Under the pieces are notes generated by a model that saw only the letters and a program-made list of their open reading frames with translations, was not told where the DNA came from and ran no database searches. The position numbers and the translations under genes were made by a program. A stretch of DNA of 64,000 bases from contig NC_086098.1 in NCBI RefSeq assembly GCF_963921235.1, positions 1,984,001-2,048,000 on the forward strand, read 5' to 3'. The stretch comes from Mobula hypostoma (Eukaryota). This document shows positions 38,310-51,413 of this stretch, piece after piece. The stretch's first letter is position 1. The number at the start of each line of letters is the position of its first letter.

Positions 38310-41300
38310 CGTGGCCTATTAGTGGCATCAATGGAGCTTTACCAAGAGGGATTTCTCACAGGTCGGTGGCGGTTACTTGAAAAGGAAGTTTCGAGAGCAT
38401 TTGTCCATTGTACATGGCCTATCAGCGGCAATAACCGGAGCACCAAGCATGAGTTAGATAGCAGGGAAGGTTCAGGCACAAAAGGGAGACACTACCTAGC
38501 GGAGCAGTCATCAATGGAGTGATCTGAGGTCAAGTGGTAGGGCTTTGACTCATTCAGGCTTTAATAAATTACGTGGGTGATTGAACTACGTATTTTTTCT
38601 TTCCATTTTGTTTTAGAGAAATAAAGAGCATGTCTGTAGGGTTAGTACTGTGCTCTGGGTGTCAGAAGTGGGAATATCGGGAATCTTCCAGTCTCCCAGA
38701 TTACCACATCTGCACCAGGTGCACCAAGATGCAGCTCCTGAGAGATCGTGTTAGGGATCTGGAGCAGTGGCTTGATGACCTACAACTTATTAGGGAAAGT
38801 GAGCAGGAGATAGCTAGGAGGAGGGAGGGATAGATAGAAAAAAGGAGGAGGTCCTGAAGAGAGAATTCAGTGAGTTGAGTAGGAAGCTGAAAAGCAGGAC
38901 CTCCAGGGTAGTAATTTCGGGATTGCTGCCTCTGTCATGTGGTAACGAGCGCAAGACTAGCATCATCAGGCGTATTAATGCGTGGCTGACAGACTGGTGT
39001 AGTGGGCAGGGCTTCGGGTTCCTGGATCACTGGGGTCTCTTCTGGGGGAGGTGCGACCTGTACAAAAAGGACGGGTTACACCTGAACCCAAAGGGATCCA
39101 ATATCCTAGCAGGCAGGTTTACTAGATCTGTTAGGGAGGGTTTAAGTTAATTTGGCAAGGGGATGGGAACCGGAGTGATAGGGCTGTGGAAGGGGAAAAC
39201 AGAAATAAATCAAAGATAGTGTGCAACAGAGATGCTAGAAAGGACAGGCAGGAGATGAGGCATAATCACAGCCAGTGGAATGAGTTACAGGGCAATAGAG
39301 TCATGATGCAGTTAAAACAGAAAACAACAAATAACTGGACTGAAAATGTTATATTTGATTGCATGCAGCATAAGGAATAAAATGGATGATCTTGAAATTC
39401 AGCTACAGATTGGCAAGTATGATGTTGTGGCCATCCCTGAAACATGGCTAAAGGATGGCTGCCATTGGGAGCTGAATGTCCAAGGATATACGATGTATTG
39501 GAAAGATAGTTTAGTAGGCAGAAAGGGTGGTGTGGCCCTGTGTATAAGAAATAATATTGAATCATTAGGAAGGGATAACATAGGATCGGAAGGTGTAGAG
39601 TTAAGAAATGGCAAGGGTAAAAGGACCCTAATGGCAGTTGTATACAGGCCTCTAAACAGCAATGGGATATGGATTACAATTTACAGCATGAGATAGAAAA
39701 GGCATGTCAGAAGGGCAATGTCATGGTAATTGTTGGGTATTTTAACATGAAAGTGGATTGGGAAAACCAGGCCAGTATTGGATCTCAAGAGAGAGAATTT
39801 GTAGAATGTCTAAGGGATGGCTTTTTAGAATAGCTTGTTGTTGAGCCCACTAGGGAATCAGTTGCGCTGGATTGGGTGTTGTGCAATGATCTGGAGGTGA
39901 TAAGAGAGCTTAAGGTTAAGGAACACTTAGGGAACAGTGATCACAATATGATCAAGAGGAGAAACTAAATTCCAATGTGTTGGTATTTCAGTGGAATAAA
40001 GGAAATTAATAATGAGAGGGGAACTCGCTATGGTTGACTGGAAAGAGACATGAGCAGGAAGGACAACAGAGCAGCAATAGCTGGAGTTTCTGCGAAAAAT
40101 GAGTGAAGTGCAAATCAGATATATTCCAAATAAGAAGAAATTTTCAAATGGAAGGAAGACGCTACCATGGCTGACAAGTGAAGTCAGATCCAAAGTAAAA
40201 GCAAAAGAGAGATCATACAAGGAAGACAAAGTTAGTGGGAAGATAGAGAATTGGGAAGCTTTTAAAAACTTGCAGAAGGAAACTAAGAAGGTCATTAGGA
40301 AGGAAAAGATGAATTATGAAAGGAAGCTGGCGACTAATATCAAAGAAGGTACTAAAAGCTTTTTAGTATATAAATGGTAAAAGAGAGTTGCGGGTAGATA
40401 TAGGACCAATAGAAAATGATGCTGGAGATATTGTAATGAGAGATGCAGAGATGGCAGAGGAACTGAATGCGTACTTTTCATCAGTCTTCACAGTGGAAGA
40501 CAACTGCAGTATACCGAACATTCAGGAGTATCAGGGAAGTGAAGTTTGTGCAGTGAAAATTACGACTGAGAAGATGTTCAGGAAGCTTAATGGTCTGAGG
40601 GTGAATAAGTCTCCTGGACCTGATGGAATGCACCCTCGGGTTCTGAAGGAGGTCACTGAAGAGATTGCATAGTTTTTCTATGGTTTCTATGGAGACATTA
40701 ACAATGATCTTTCAAGAATCGATAAATTTTGGCATTGTACCAGATGACTGGAAAATTGCAAATGTTACTTCGCTATTTAAGAAGGGTGGGAGGCAGCAGA
40801 AAGGAAACTATAGAACTGTTAGCCTGACATCAGTGGTTGGGAAGTTGTTGGAATCGATTGTTATGGATCAGATTACGAGATACCTGGAGGCACATGACAC
40901 GATAGGCTAAAGCCTGCATGATTTTCTGAAAGGAAAATCCTGCCTGACTAACCTACTGCAATTTTTTGAGGAAACTGCAAGCCAGGTAGACAAAGGGGAT
41001 GCAGTAGATGTGGTGTCCTTGGATTTTCAAAAGGCCTTTGACAAGGTGCCGCACGTGAGGCTGCTTAGCAAGGTAACAGCCCATGGAATTATAGGGAAGT
41101 TACTAGCATGGGTGGAGCATTGGCTGATCGGCAGAAAACAGAGAGTGGGAATAAAGGGATCCTATTCTGGCTGGCTGCCGGTTACCAGTGGAGTTCCACA
41201 GGCGTCGGTGTTGGGACCGCTGCTTTTTACAATTGTAACGTGCTGTAAGGTTTCACTGCTAATTTAATGGCTTCTTTGTAATGTTCACTGCTGCGGTAAT

Positions 41301-42778
41301 GGTTTCTCTGTTGCAGCAATGTTTGGGTTATGGCTGGAGATAACAGGATGCATATTAGTCAATAAGAGATTGTTGCTGTGTCTTGTGAGTCTGGAAAGAT
41401 GTTTTTCTCGCTGTTTTTTGTCGAGAAGAGATGAAGACGGAAGACGCGTGTGGAGAGAGCTAGTAGACCACCGGACGGAATGAACTGGGATCTGAGGGTC
41501 CGAAGGTCGGCAACATTCAGAGGAGACTGATTGTGGAAGAATGACTACGTGAGCTCCAACTTGATTTTGACTTGACTTTTGGCCCTTTTCTTTGTTTATT
41601 TTCATTACTAACCTTATATTCAGATTAAGATTCATAAAATTCTATCATTTAATTGCATATGGTGTACTGTCTAAGATTTTGTGTTTTGGGTTTGTAACTT
41701 GTGGTCCTTTACACAGCATCCACACAAACATGATTATCCAGTTTGGCGGTGCTGAAGGCTGATTCCCCGAGACGACCACGAGCTGGGCGAGCCTGAGGGT
41801 TACACAATGTACGTCAATGATTTGGACTATGGGATTAATGGATTTGTGGCTAAACTTGCCGATGATACAAAGATAGGTGGAGGAGCTGGTAGTGTTGAGG
41901 AAACAGAGAGCTTGCAGAGAGACTTAAATAGCTTACAGGGATAGGCAAAGAAGTGGCAAATGAAATACAATGTTGGAAAGTGTATGGTCATGCACTTTGG
42001 TGGAAGAAATAAACGGGCAGACTATCATTTCGAAGGGGAGAAAATTCAAAATGCAGAGATGCAAAGGGACTTTGGAGTCCTTGTGCAGGATACTCTAAAT
42101 GTTAACCTCCAGGATGAATCGGTGGTGAAGAAGGCCAATACAACATTCATTTCTAGAGGTATAGAACATAAGATCTGGGATGTGATGTTGAGGCTCTATA
42201 AGGCACTTGTGAGACCACACTTGGAGTATTGGGTGCTGTTTTGGGCTCTTTATTTTAGAAAGGATATACTGACATTGTAGAGAAGATTCATGAGAATGAT
42301 TCCAGGAATGGAAGGGTTACCGTATGAGGAACGTCTGGCAGCTCTTGGGCTGTATTCCCTGGAGTTCAGAAAAATGAGGGGGGATCTCATAGAAACATTC
42401 AGCATGTTAAAAGGCCTGAACAGATTAGATATGGCAAAGTTATTCCCCATGGTAGGGGAATCCAGGACAAAAGGGCAAGACTGCAGGATTGAAGGACGTC
42501 CATTTAGAACTGAGATGCGGAGAAATTACTTTTGTCATATGGTGGTAAATCTATGGAATTTGTTGCCACGAGCGGCTGTGGAGGCCAAGTCATTGGGTGT
42601 ATTTAAGGCAGAGATAGATAGGTTCTTGATTAGGCAGGGCATCAAAGGGTATGGGGAGAAGGCAGGGGAGTGGGGATGACTGGAAGAATTGGATCAGCCC
42701 ATGATTGAATGGCGGAGCAGACTCGATGGGCCGAATGGCCTACTTCTGATCCTATATCTCATGGTCTTATGGTCTTAT
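38310..42778 (+). mobile_element. Near full-length but inactivated CR1 LINE (ORF1 and ORF2)
   Basis: ORF1 zinc finger/coiled coil (CSGCQKW...CTRC..LLRDRVRDLE) and SGNH-esterase C-terminus (DLYKKDGLHLN); ORF2 endonuclease (VAIPETW, GGVAL, SDHNM) and RT with many stops; (TCTTATGG) tail; sits inside an older minus-strand CR1 fragment (38140-38310 and 42779-43035). Confidence 0.92.
41234..41804. mobile_element. Solo LTR (571 bp), Gypsy- or ERV1-type
   Basis: TGTAAC...GTTACA inverted termini, 4-bp TSD CAAT (41230-33 and 41805-08), interrupts CR1 RT at LLFT|MYVNDLD. Confidence 0.9.
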
Positions 42779-43544
42779 AGTCTCCATGGCTGTCTGTTGC
42801 AATAAACTCCACCTTTACAATACCTTCTGGCTAAAGAAATTCCCCCTCATCTCTGTTCTAAAGGGACATCATTGTATGCTGAGGCTGTGCCCTCTGGTCT
42901 TAGACTATCCCACGATTGGAAACATCCTCTCCACATCTATTCTACCTAGGCCTTTCAATATTTGATAGGTTTCAATGAGTTTCCTCCTCAGTCTTCTAAA
43001 CTCCAGTGTGTACAGGCCCAGAGCCATCAAATAGCCAAGACAATTCAATTGAGTGCATAAGAAAGTTCAAGACAACGTTGTGAAACAAAAGACATGATCT
43101 GCAATATCACAATAAGTAAGACAAATGTCTGACAGAAATGTATACATGTATTCATTTAGTGATACAATGCGGAGTTGGTCCTTCTTGCTCTTTGAGCTGC
43201 ACCACCCCAGCAAAGCCCCCACCAATAATCCCCATCACAGGACAATTTGCAATGACCAAATAACCTATCCGGTACATCTTTGCACTGTGGGAGAAAACCA
43301 GAGCACCCGGGAAAAACCCAGACATTCCACAGGGAGAAAATGCAGAGATTCCTTTCAGTACAGCTTTGGAATTGAAACCAGAACTCAGGAACACCCTGGG
43401 CTGTAATAGCATCGCACCAACCCTAAATGTAAGTGAATGGAAGCTAACAAGTTCAAACAATTACCTGAGTTGCTGAGAAGGATTAATGAAAACCTGGAAT
43501 CCAAATAGAGTTCGTACTCAAAGTCATACATGCTCATAAAGAGA

Positions 43545-43838
43545 GTGCCACAGTAGTATAGCTATTAGTGCGACACTAATACTAGTACTAGCTCGGGGCA
43601 TCACAGTTTGGAGTTCAATTCTGGTGCCTTTCTGTAAGGACTTTCTCTACATCCTCCCCATGGAAAGCATCTGCTCAGTTTCCTCCCACAGTCTAAAGAC
43701 GTACTGTACTGAGTAAGTAATCGGTCATTGTAAATTGTCTCGTGATTAGGTTCGGGTTAAGTCAGGGTTGGTGGGCAGTGTGGCTCGAACGGACAGGAGG
43801 GCTTACTCCACTCTGTATTGCTAAATAAAATAAAATTA
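43545..43838 (+). mobile_element. tRNA-derived SINE, V-SINE/HE1-like
   Basis: A-box-like tagtatagctatt, B box ggagttcaattc, central ttcctcccacagtctaaagac, A-rich tail; relatives at 8255-8480(-), 14790-14990(-), 18020-18180(+) and 43150-43415(-). Confidence 0.7.
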
Positions 43839-46800
43839 AACTGAAGTGGTGATTTAGCAAAATCCATCTCTGATGTATAACAGTGTTGAATTACAGAACA
43901 ACAGCAGCAACTTCTGCAACATTTACGAAAAGGTAGATAGGGTCAAAGTAGAATGAGTAGGGTCACCAAGAAAGCTTTTGGCACATTGACCTTCATAAAT
44001 AAGAGTACTGAGTATAGGAGTTGGGATGTTATATTGAAATTGTATCTGACTTTGGTGAGGCTAACAATGGAATACTGTGTACAGCACTGGTCACCTACCG
44101 ATAGAGAAGTCAAACACCAGATGCCACAACCTCAGAGTAGAAGGATGTCCCTTTAGAACAGAGATGAGGAGGAATTGCTTTAACCAGATAGTACTGAATC
44201 TGTGGAATTCATTGCCACAGAAGGGTGTGGAGGTCAAGTCATTGGGTATACTTAAAGCGGAGGTTGATATGTTATTGATTAGTCAGGGTGTCAAAGGTTA
44301 CGGGAAGATGCAGGAGAATGGGGTTGAGAGGGAAAATAAATCAGCAGTGATGGAATGGCAGACCTGATGGGCCGAATGGCTAAATTCTGCCCCTGTGACT
44401 TATGGTCTGTGGGTATGAAGCAATGGAGAGGGCAGAGGCATTTCCAGTGTTGGTGTACAGAGAACAGCAGAGGTTACATAAAAACAGAATAGCATATACA
44501 CAGCCACACAAAAACCTGCTCTCTCATAGTCAATTGATCTGATTTCATTCCTGGTGACAAATAAAAACACACACTTGTGGCTAAAAATGGACAGCTCTGA
44601 GTTCTTGTGTGTTTAAAATGGCAAAAATCCACTAAAGATGACAAAGAAACACTGCATGATCTACTGCAGTGCATCTGCAGTATTTCCTTCTGAAAGTAAG
44701 TAAAGGGTAATTGTTAGTTAGCGAGCTATAGTTCTGTCTACAACAGACCATCTGATATGGAGGGGGCCGCTACACAGGATCGGAAAAGGCCGCAGAAAGT
44801 TGAAAATCCTGCTAGCTCCATCCTAGGCGCCAGCCTCTCCAACATCGAGGACACCTTCAAAAGGGAACACCTCAAAAAGGTGGCATTCATCATTAAAGAC
44901 TCACATCACCCAGGACAGACCCTGTTCTCATTTCTACCCTCAGGGTGGAGGTACAGGAGCCCGAAGACACAACTCGACATTTCAGGAACAGCCTTTTCCC
45001 CTTTGCCCACACATTTCTGAATGGATAATTAACTCACGAACACAACCTCACTATTTCTTTTGCTCTCTTTTTGCATTAATAATTTATTTGTTTGATACAC
45101 TTCTGATTGTAATTTATAGTTTTTGCCATTACGTACTGCAATGTACCCCTGCTGCAAAACAACAATTTTCACAACATATGCCAGTGATACAAAATCTGAT
45201 TCTAATTCTGGTTCTGAACGAAAACAGGTCTGTAGCAACAGCACAAGATTAGACCATGGTTAAATTACAACTATCCTGTTACATATTTTGTGATAAACAT
45301 ATCAACATCCTGAGATTGAGATTACCCTGTCCAATGCTTGATTGCTCATGCAGTAGGCTGAGTGATTGAGAAAAGAAACTTTTTATCCATTCCACTGATA
45401 AAAATAGTGCAAATTACTTGCGCAATTTGTTTAGAGAATTATGCAATTCACAATAAAACAGAAGGAAAGGTGATCTAAAATTTCACATAGAGTTGCTGTA
45501 ATGTATACTTTATAGTTTCTTTATTAGTTACACCTGTATGTAAATATATATATCTAATCGGCCAGTGATGTGGCAGCAACTCAATGCACAAGGGCATGTA
45601 GACATGGTCAAGAGGTTCAGTTGTTGTTCAGCCCAAACATCAGCACGGGGTAGAAATGTCATCTAAGTGACTTTGACTGTGGAATGATTGTTGGTGCTAG
45701 ACAGGGTGGTTTGGGTATCTCAGAAACTGCTGATCTCCTGGGATTTTCACACACAACAGCCTCTAGAATTTACAGGGAATTGTGCACTAAATGAGTAAAT
45801 ATCCTGCAACAGTTCTTTCAGACAAAATGCCGTGTTAATGAAAGAGGTCAGAAGAGAATGGCCAGATGGTTCAAACAGTCAGGAAGATCATAAGACCTAG
45901 GAGTAGAATTAGGCCATTCAGCCCATCGAGTCTGTTCCCCATTCCATCATGGCTGATCAACCCCATACACCTGCCTTCTTGCCATATCTTTTGTTGCCCT
46001 GATCGATCAGGAAACTATCAAATTCCTCCTTAAATATACGCCCAGACTTGGCCTCCACCGCAGTCTGTGGCAGAACATTCCACAGAATCACAACTCCCTG
46101 CCTGAAAAGGTTAGCCATCTCTGCTCATCTCTGTTCTCAAGGGTTACCCCTCAATTTTGAATCTGTCCCCTCTAGTTCTGGATACCCTCATCAAAGGAAT
46201 CATTCTCTCCACATCCACACTATCTACAAACGTTTGTAGTCTTTTCAACATTCAATGAGGTTTCAATGAGATCCCCATGCGTTCTTCTAGATTCCAGTGA
46301 GCACAGGCCCAAAGCTGCCAAATGCTCCACATAGGTTATCTCCTTGATTCCCGGAATCAGCCTTGTGAACCCCCTCTGGACTCTCTCGAATGACAATACA
46401 TCCTTTCTGAGATATGGAGCCCAAAACTGTTGGCAATACTCCAAATGCACATTTCCCCGTGCTGTATTCCATCTGCCACTTTTTGTCCATTCTTTCAATT
46501 TGTGTAGGTCCTATTGCAATTGCATTGCTTTCTCATCACTACCTACCCCTCCAACTATCTTCGTATCATCTGCAAACTTTGTCACAATTCCTTTATGGAA
46601 TGCAATTATGGGAAATGTATGATAATAGATTTTGGTGAAAGGAACAATGGTGCACTATTCTCTAAATGGAGAGAAGATTCAAACATCAGAGGTGCAGAGG
46701 GACTTAGGAGTCCTCATGCAAAACTCCAATAAGGTTAATTTACAGGTTGAGTCTGCGGTAAAGAAGACAAATACAATGTTGGCATTTATTTCAAGTGGAG

Positions 46801-49605
46801 TAGAATGTAAAATCAAGGAGATAATGTTGAGGTTTATAACACACTAATCAGGCTGCACTTGGAGTATTGCCAACAGTTGTGGGCTTTGCATCTCAGTAAG
46901 GATGTATTGTCATTGGAGAGAGTACAGAGGAGGATCACAAGGATGATTCTGGGAAGAAAGGGTTAACATATGAGGAGCATTTGGCAGTTTTGGGCCTGTA
47001 CTCACTGGAATTTAGAAGAATGTGGGGGGGGATCTCATTGAAACTACTGAATGCTGAAAGGGCTAGATAGGTAGGTATGGAGAGGATGTTTCCTATCATG
47101 CGGGTATCCAGAACTCGAGGGCACAGCTTCAAAATTGAGGGGTGACCTTTTAGAACAGAGATAAGGAGGATTTTTTTAGCCAGAGAGTAGTGAATCTGTG
47201 GAATGCTCTGGCACAGACTGTAGTGGAAGCCAAGTTTGTGGGTATATTTAAGGCGGAAGTTGATCGTTTCCTGATCGATCAGGGCATCAAAGGATATGGC
47301 GAGAAGCCAGGTGTATGGGGTTGGGTGGGATCCAGGATCAGTTATACTGGAATGATGGAGCAGATTCGATGGGCTGAATGGCCTAATTCTGCTCCTTTGT
47401 CTTATGGTCTTATTATCCAAATCATTGACAAACAATGTGAAAAGTAATGGTCCCAAAACTGACCCCTGAGGAACACCGCTAGTCACTGGCAGCCAACCAG
47501 AAAAGGCCCCCTTTGGACCCACTTGCTGCCTCCTGCCTGTCAGCCATTCCGCTATCCATACCAGTGTCTTTCCTGTAACACCATAGGATTTTACCTTGTT
47601 AAGCAGCCTCATGTGTGGCACCTTATCAAACGCATTCTGAAAATCTAAGTAAATTATATTCACTAACACCCCTTTGTCCACTCTGCTTGTTACTTCATCA
47701 AGGAACTCTAACAAATTTGTCAGGCAAGATTTCCCTTCACAGAAACCATGCTGACTTTGACTTATTTTATCGTTGGTTTCCATGTACCCTAATACTTTCC
47801 CAACCATTGAGGTTTGGCTAACTGGCCTATAACTTCCTTTATTTTGCCTTCCTCCCTTCTTAAAGAGCGGAGTGACATTTGCAAACTTCCAATCCTCCAG
47901 ATACATGCCAGAATCAAGTGATTCTTGAAAGATCATGACCATTGCATCTGTTATCTCTTCAGCAACCTCTCTCGGGACTCTGGGATGTAGCCCATCTGGT
48001 CCAGGTGACTTATCCGTCCTAAAACTTTTAAATTTGCTTAGCACTTTGTGTTTTTGTAATAGCAATGGCGCTCACTCCTGCTCCCTGACACTCACGGTCC
48101 TCTGGCACACTGTTAGTGTCTTCCAGCGTGAAGACAGATGCAAAGTGCCCATTAAGTTCATCTGCCATTTCTTTGTCCCCCATTATTCCCTCACCAGCAT
48201 CATTTTCCAGTGGTCCAATATCAACTGTCACTTCCTTTTTACTCTTTATATAACTGAAAAAACTTTTGGTATCCTGCTTTATTTTATTGACTAGTCTGCC
48301 TTCATATTTCATCTTTTCTCTTCTTATGACTTTTTTAGTTGCTTTTTGTTGGATTTTAAAAGCTTCCCACTTATTTTTGCTACATTATACGCCCTGTCTT
48401 TGGCTTTCATGCAGTCCTTAACTTCCTTTGTCAGATGTGGTTGCCTAGCCATGTCACTTGAGAACTGTGGGACATATCTATCCTGTGCCTTGTGAACTAT
48501 TCCCAGAAATTTCAGCCATCTCTGCTCTGCTGGCATCCCTGCCAGTATCTTCCTCCAATCCACCTGGGCAATCTCTTCTCTCACGCCTCTGGAATTCCCT
48601 TTATTCCATTGTGATACAGATACATGTGAGTTATGCTTCTCCCTCTCAAACTGCAGTAAAATTCAATCACATTATGATCACTTCCTCCTCCCTGATAAGA
48701 TCTGGGTTATTACAGAACACCCAATCTGAGGTAGCATCTCTCCAAGTAGGATCTCGCACAAATTGTTCTAAAAAGCCATCTTAGAAACATAGAAAACCTA
48801 CAGCACAATAAAAGCACTTCGGCCCACAAAGTTGTGCCAAACATGTCCCTGCCTTAAAAATTACTAAGGTTACCTATTCTTCTAAGCTCCATGTACTCAT
48901 CCAAAAGTCTCTTAAAAGACCCTATCATATCCGCCTCCACCACCATTGCCGGCAGCCCATTCCATACACTCACCACTCTCTGCATAAAAAACTTACCCCT
49001 GACATCTCCTCTGTATCTACTCCCAAGCACCTTAAACCTGTGCCCTCTTGTGGCAGCCATTTCAGGCCTCGGAAAAAGCCTCTGACTATCCACACGATCA
49101 ATGCCTCTCATCATCTTATACTCCTCTATCAGGTCACCTCCCATCCTCCGTCACTTCACGGAGAAAAGGCCGACTTCACTCAACCTGCTTTCATAAGACG
49201 TGCTCCCCAATCCAGGCAACATCCTTGTAAATCTCCTCTGCACACTTTCTGTGGTTTCCATATCCTTCCTGTAGTGAGGTGACCAGAACTGAGCACAGTA
49301 CTCCAAATGGGGTCTGACCAGGGTCCTATATAGCTGCAACATTACCTCTTGGCTCCTAAATTCAATTCCACGATTGATGAAGGCCAATACATCGTATTCC
49401 TTCTTAACCTTTTTGATCTTGTAAGCGTTCGGCAAATTCCCTGTCTTGCGATCCAACATGAACTTAATTTTTCCAATCCACTTTGCATATAGAAGTTCCC
49501 CATTACAATTGTGTCATTACCCTTATTACATGCCTTTTCTGGCTCTCTTTGAAATTTCCTTCCCATATCTTGGCCACTATTTGGAGGCCTATATGTGATT
49601 CCCAT

Positions 49606-49797
49606 GGGGTGTATGGGGTGTCAGGGAGGGGTAGCACCTCTGGTGGGGGAACATGTCACGTCCTTTTCAAGGCGGTTAGTCCACCTTTGGTCCCCACCTG
49701 GCACTCAGCTCTCACCTGTGGCTCCCCGTAGCTGTTTGCATGTGACAGCGGCCATACCCCGGGCAACGGCTTCGACAAGCCGGCTAAACCAGGAGAG
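49606..49797 (+). ncRNA. Candidate HDV-like self-cleaving ribozyme
   Basis: P1 GGGGUGU 49606-12/AUACCCC 49754-60; P2 CUCACCUG 49711-18/CAGGAGAG 49790-97; P3 GGC 49720-22/GCC 49751-53; L3 starts UCC; GGGCAAC 49761-67; P4 CGGCUU/AAGCCG; J4/2 GCUAA 49783-87. Confidence 0.7.
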
Positions 49798-50132
49798 GGT
49801 AGCCGACGGGTCTCAAACCCTCGGTGAGATAGGGAGTTATCTATCCCAGCATGTGAAGACAGACTCCGGCGGATTGAGCGGACGAGACCAATGGAAGGTC
49901 CAACGGTCAAGAAGGCGGTCTCTGCAAGTGTCGTGGAATTTGTAGAGCACGACAAGACACAGGAGTTGTCCTGGTCATCCACTGTGCCTTGTCCCATCTC
50001 CAACCATCTCGACTCTTGTCTTGCCACTGGATTCAGATGGGAATTGGGAAGAGAGAGTGAGGCTGACACTGCACAACTCTCCCTCACTTAAATCCAAATC
50101 CAAATCAAGCGCGAGTCCTGACACCATCAAAC

Positions 50133-50265
50133 TGGCTGGTGGTGTAGTGGCATCAGCGCTGGTCTTGTGGTGAGAGGTCCCGAGTTCGAATCCAGCCAGC
50201 TCCCTTGCACGCTCTCCATCTGTACTGGGTTGAGTGTTGAGCTAGCAAATTGACCTCATAAAAAG
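50133..50265 (+). mobile_element. Short tRNA-derived SINE nested in the ribozyme-bearing element
   Basis: A box TGGTGTAGTGG, B box GAGTTCGAATCC, short body, A tail. Confidence 0.75.
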
Positions 50266-51367
50266 TTCTAATGGTATCAATGACAATGGACAAACCTTAT
50301 AAATGATTCCCATAATGTTTTTTTGCAGTTTCTTAATTCCACTCACAGAGAGTCAACATTCTCTTCCCCTATGTCACCTCTTTCTAAAGGTGTAATTCCA
50401 TCTCTTCCCAACAGAGCCACACCACCACTATGCCTCCCTGTCTGTTCTTTCGATACAAAGGGCCTGTCCCTCAATAGTAACCTCCCAACTATGGCCTTCT
50501 TTCAGCCACGACTCAGTAATCCCCAGTATGTTATACTGACCAATCTCTAATTACGCCACAAGTTCATTCACCTTATTCCAAATGCTATTTGTGTTTAAAT
50601 ACAGCACCTTCAGCCCTGAATTCTTCACCTTTTGAATTTTGCGTCTGTAGTACGACTTAACTCATTGCTCCGTGTCCATTTGTACCCAGTCAGTGGCTTG
50701 TCCTTCCTTGCATTCATGTTACACCCACCATCTACTCGTAAACCTGTTGCCTCATCCTCAGCTCTATCATACTGGTTCCAGTATGACGGAAGGCGACAGT
50801 AACTCAGATTACCACGTCATACAACAGTGGTGTGCAGAAGAGCATCTTTCAACACACAACACATTGAACGTTGAAGTAGATGGGCTACAACAGCAGCAGA
50901 CCATGAACCTATGCTCAGTGGCCACTTGATCAGGTACAGGAGGTACCAAAGAAAATGGCTACTGAGTGTATAAACATGTAGCAAACAGTATGGGATAAAA
51001 AAAAGTCATTAGGAGTAATTAAAATGTGATAATCAAATAAGGAGGGGATATTACAACATTGTGGACTGAATCAAAAGTGATTTATAACTGTTTCCTGAAA
51101 ACAAAGATTAGATTAAAGCCTTGCAATCACATTTTGCCATTGATGATCTTAAAATAAAATTTGGGTTTAGTTTTACTTGAACGTTTTATTCAATTTAAGG
51201 CACATTTCACTGTAGAAATGATTATTTAAACCAAAGTAAAGTGCCAGTTTCTAGCGATGCTCATTAACAATTAATGAATAATGATTGTGACATAATTACC
51301 TCAAGTGTGAGGAAAAACCTCACTTTATTACAAGAGATACAGTATGTACCATCTTCACAAAACTTAC

Positions 51368-51413
51368 CAGTGTGAGAACATTGCTTGGTTCAGAATGAAA
51401 GGAATTTGAACCA
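51368..51413 (-). CDS. Candidate 46-nt host exon
   Basis: Minus strand tttacag|TGGTTC...ACACTG|gtaagt in unique AT-rich sequence; two open frames (GSNSFHSEPSNVLTL or VQIPFILNQAMFSH). Confidence 0.25.

Larger units (their letters stand above)
49606..50303 (+). mobile_element. Non-coding retroelement (probably RTE-dependent) starting with an HDV-like ribozyme
   Basis: 10-bp TSD TGATTCCCAT (49596-605 and 50304-13); no credible ORF; related copy at 61766. Confidence 0.8.
45888..50780 (-). mobile_element. Degraded CR1 ORF2 with nested CR1 copies at ~46595-47412(+) and 48783-49415(-)
   Basis: RT motifs in ORF 46935-48065; inner copy 48783-49415 flanked by ATCTT (48778-82 and 49416-20). Confidence 0.88.
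45525..50968 (+). mobile_element. Tc1-like non-autonomous element split by a 4.9-kb retroelement nest
   Basis: 45525-45887 and 50783-50968 are the two halves of the 8757-9303 family; right end ...CTGAGTG|TA. Confidence 0.85.

Noticed and set aside
38875..39150. Stand-alone SGNH esterase gene (also 60778-61200)
   Set aside because: It is the known esterase domain of CR1 ORF1, positioned directly upstream of ORF2
46935..48065. 376-aa ORF as a novel RT fusion
   Set aside because: CR1 RT frame reads through by chance into the antisense strand of a nested CR1 at ~47412
49595..50091. ORFs within the ribozyme-bearing element
   Set aside because: No protein motifs; open frames are expected by chance in GC-rich sequence, and no matching peptide is seen in the 61766 copy
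50133..50205. tRNA gene
   Set aside because: A and B boxes are present but the anticodon and acceptor stems are poor, and it continues into a SINE body and A tail
51386..51413. tggttca...tgaacca hairpin as a pre-miRNA
   Set aside because: Stem is far too short
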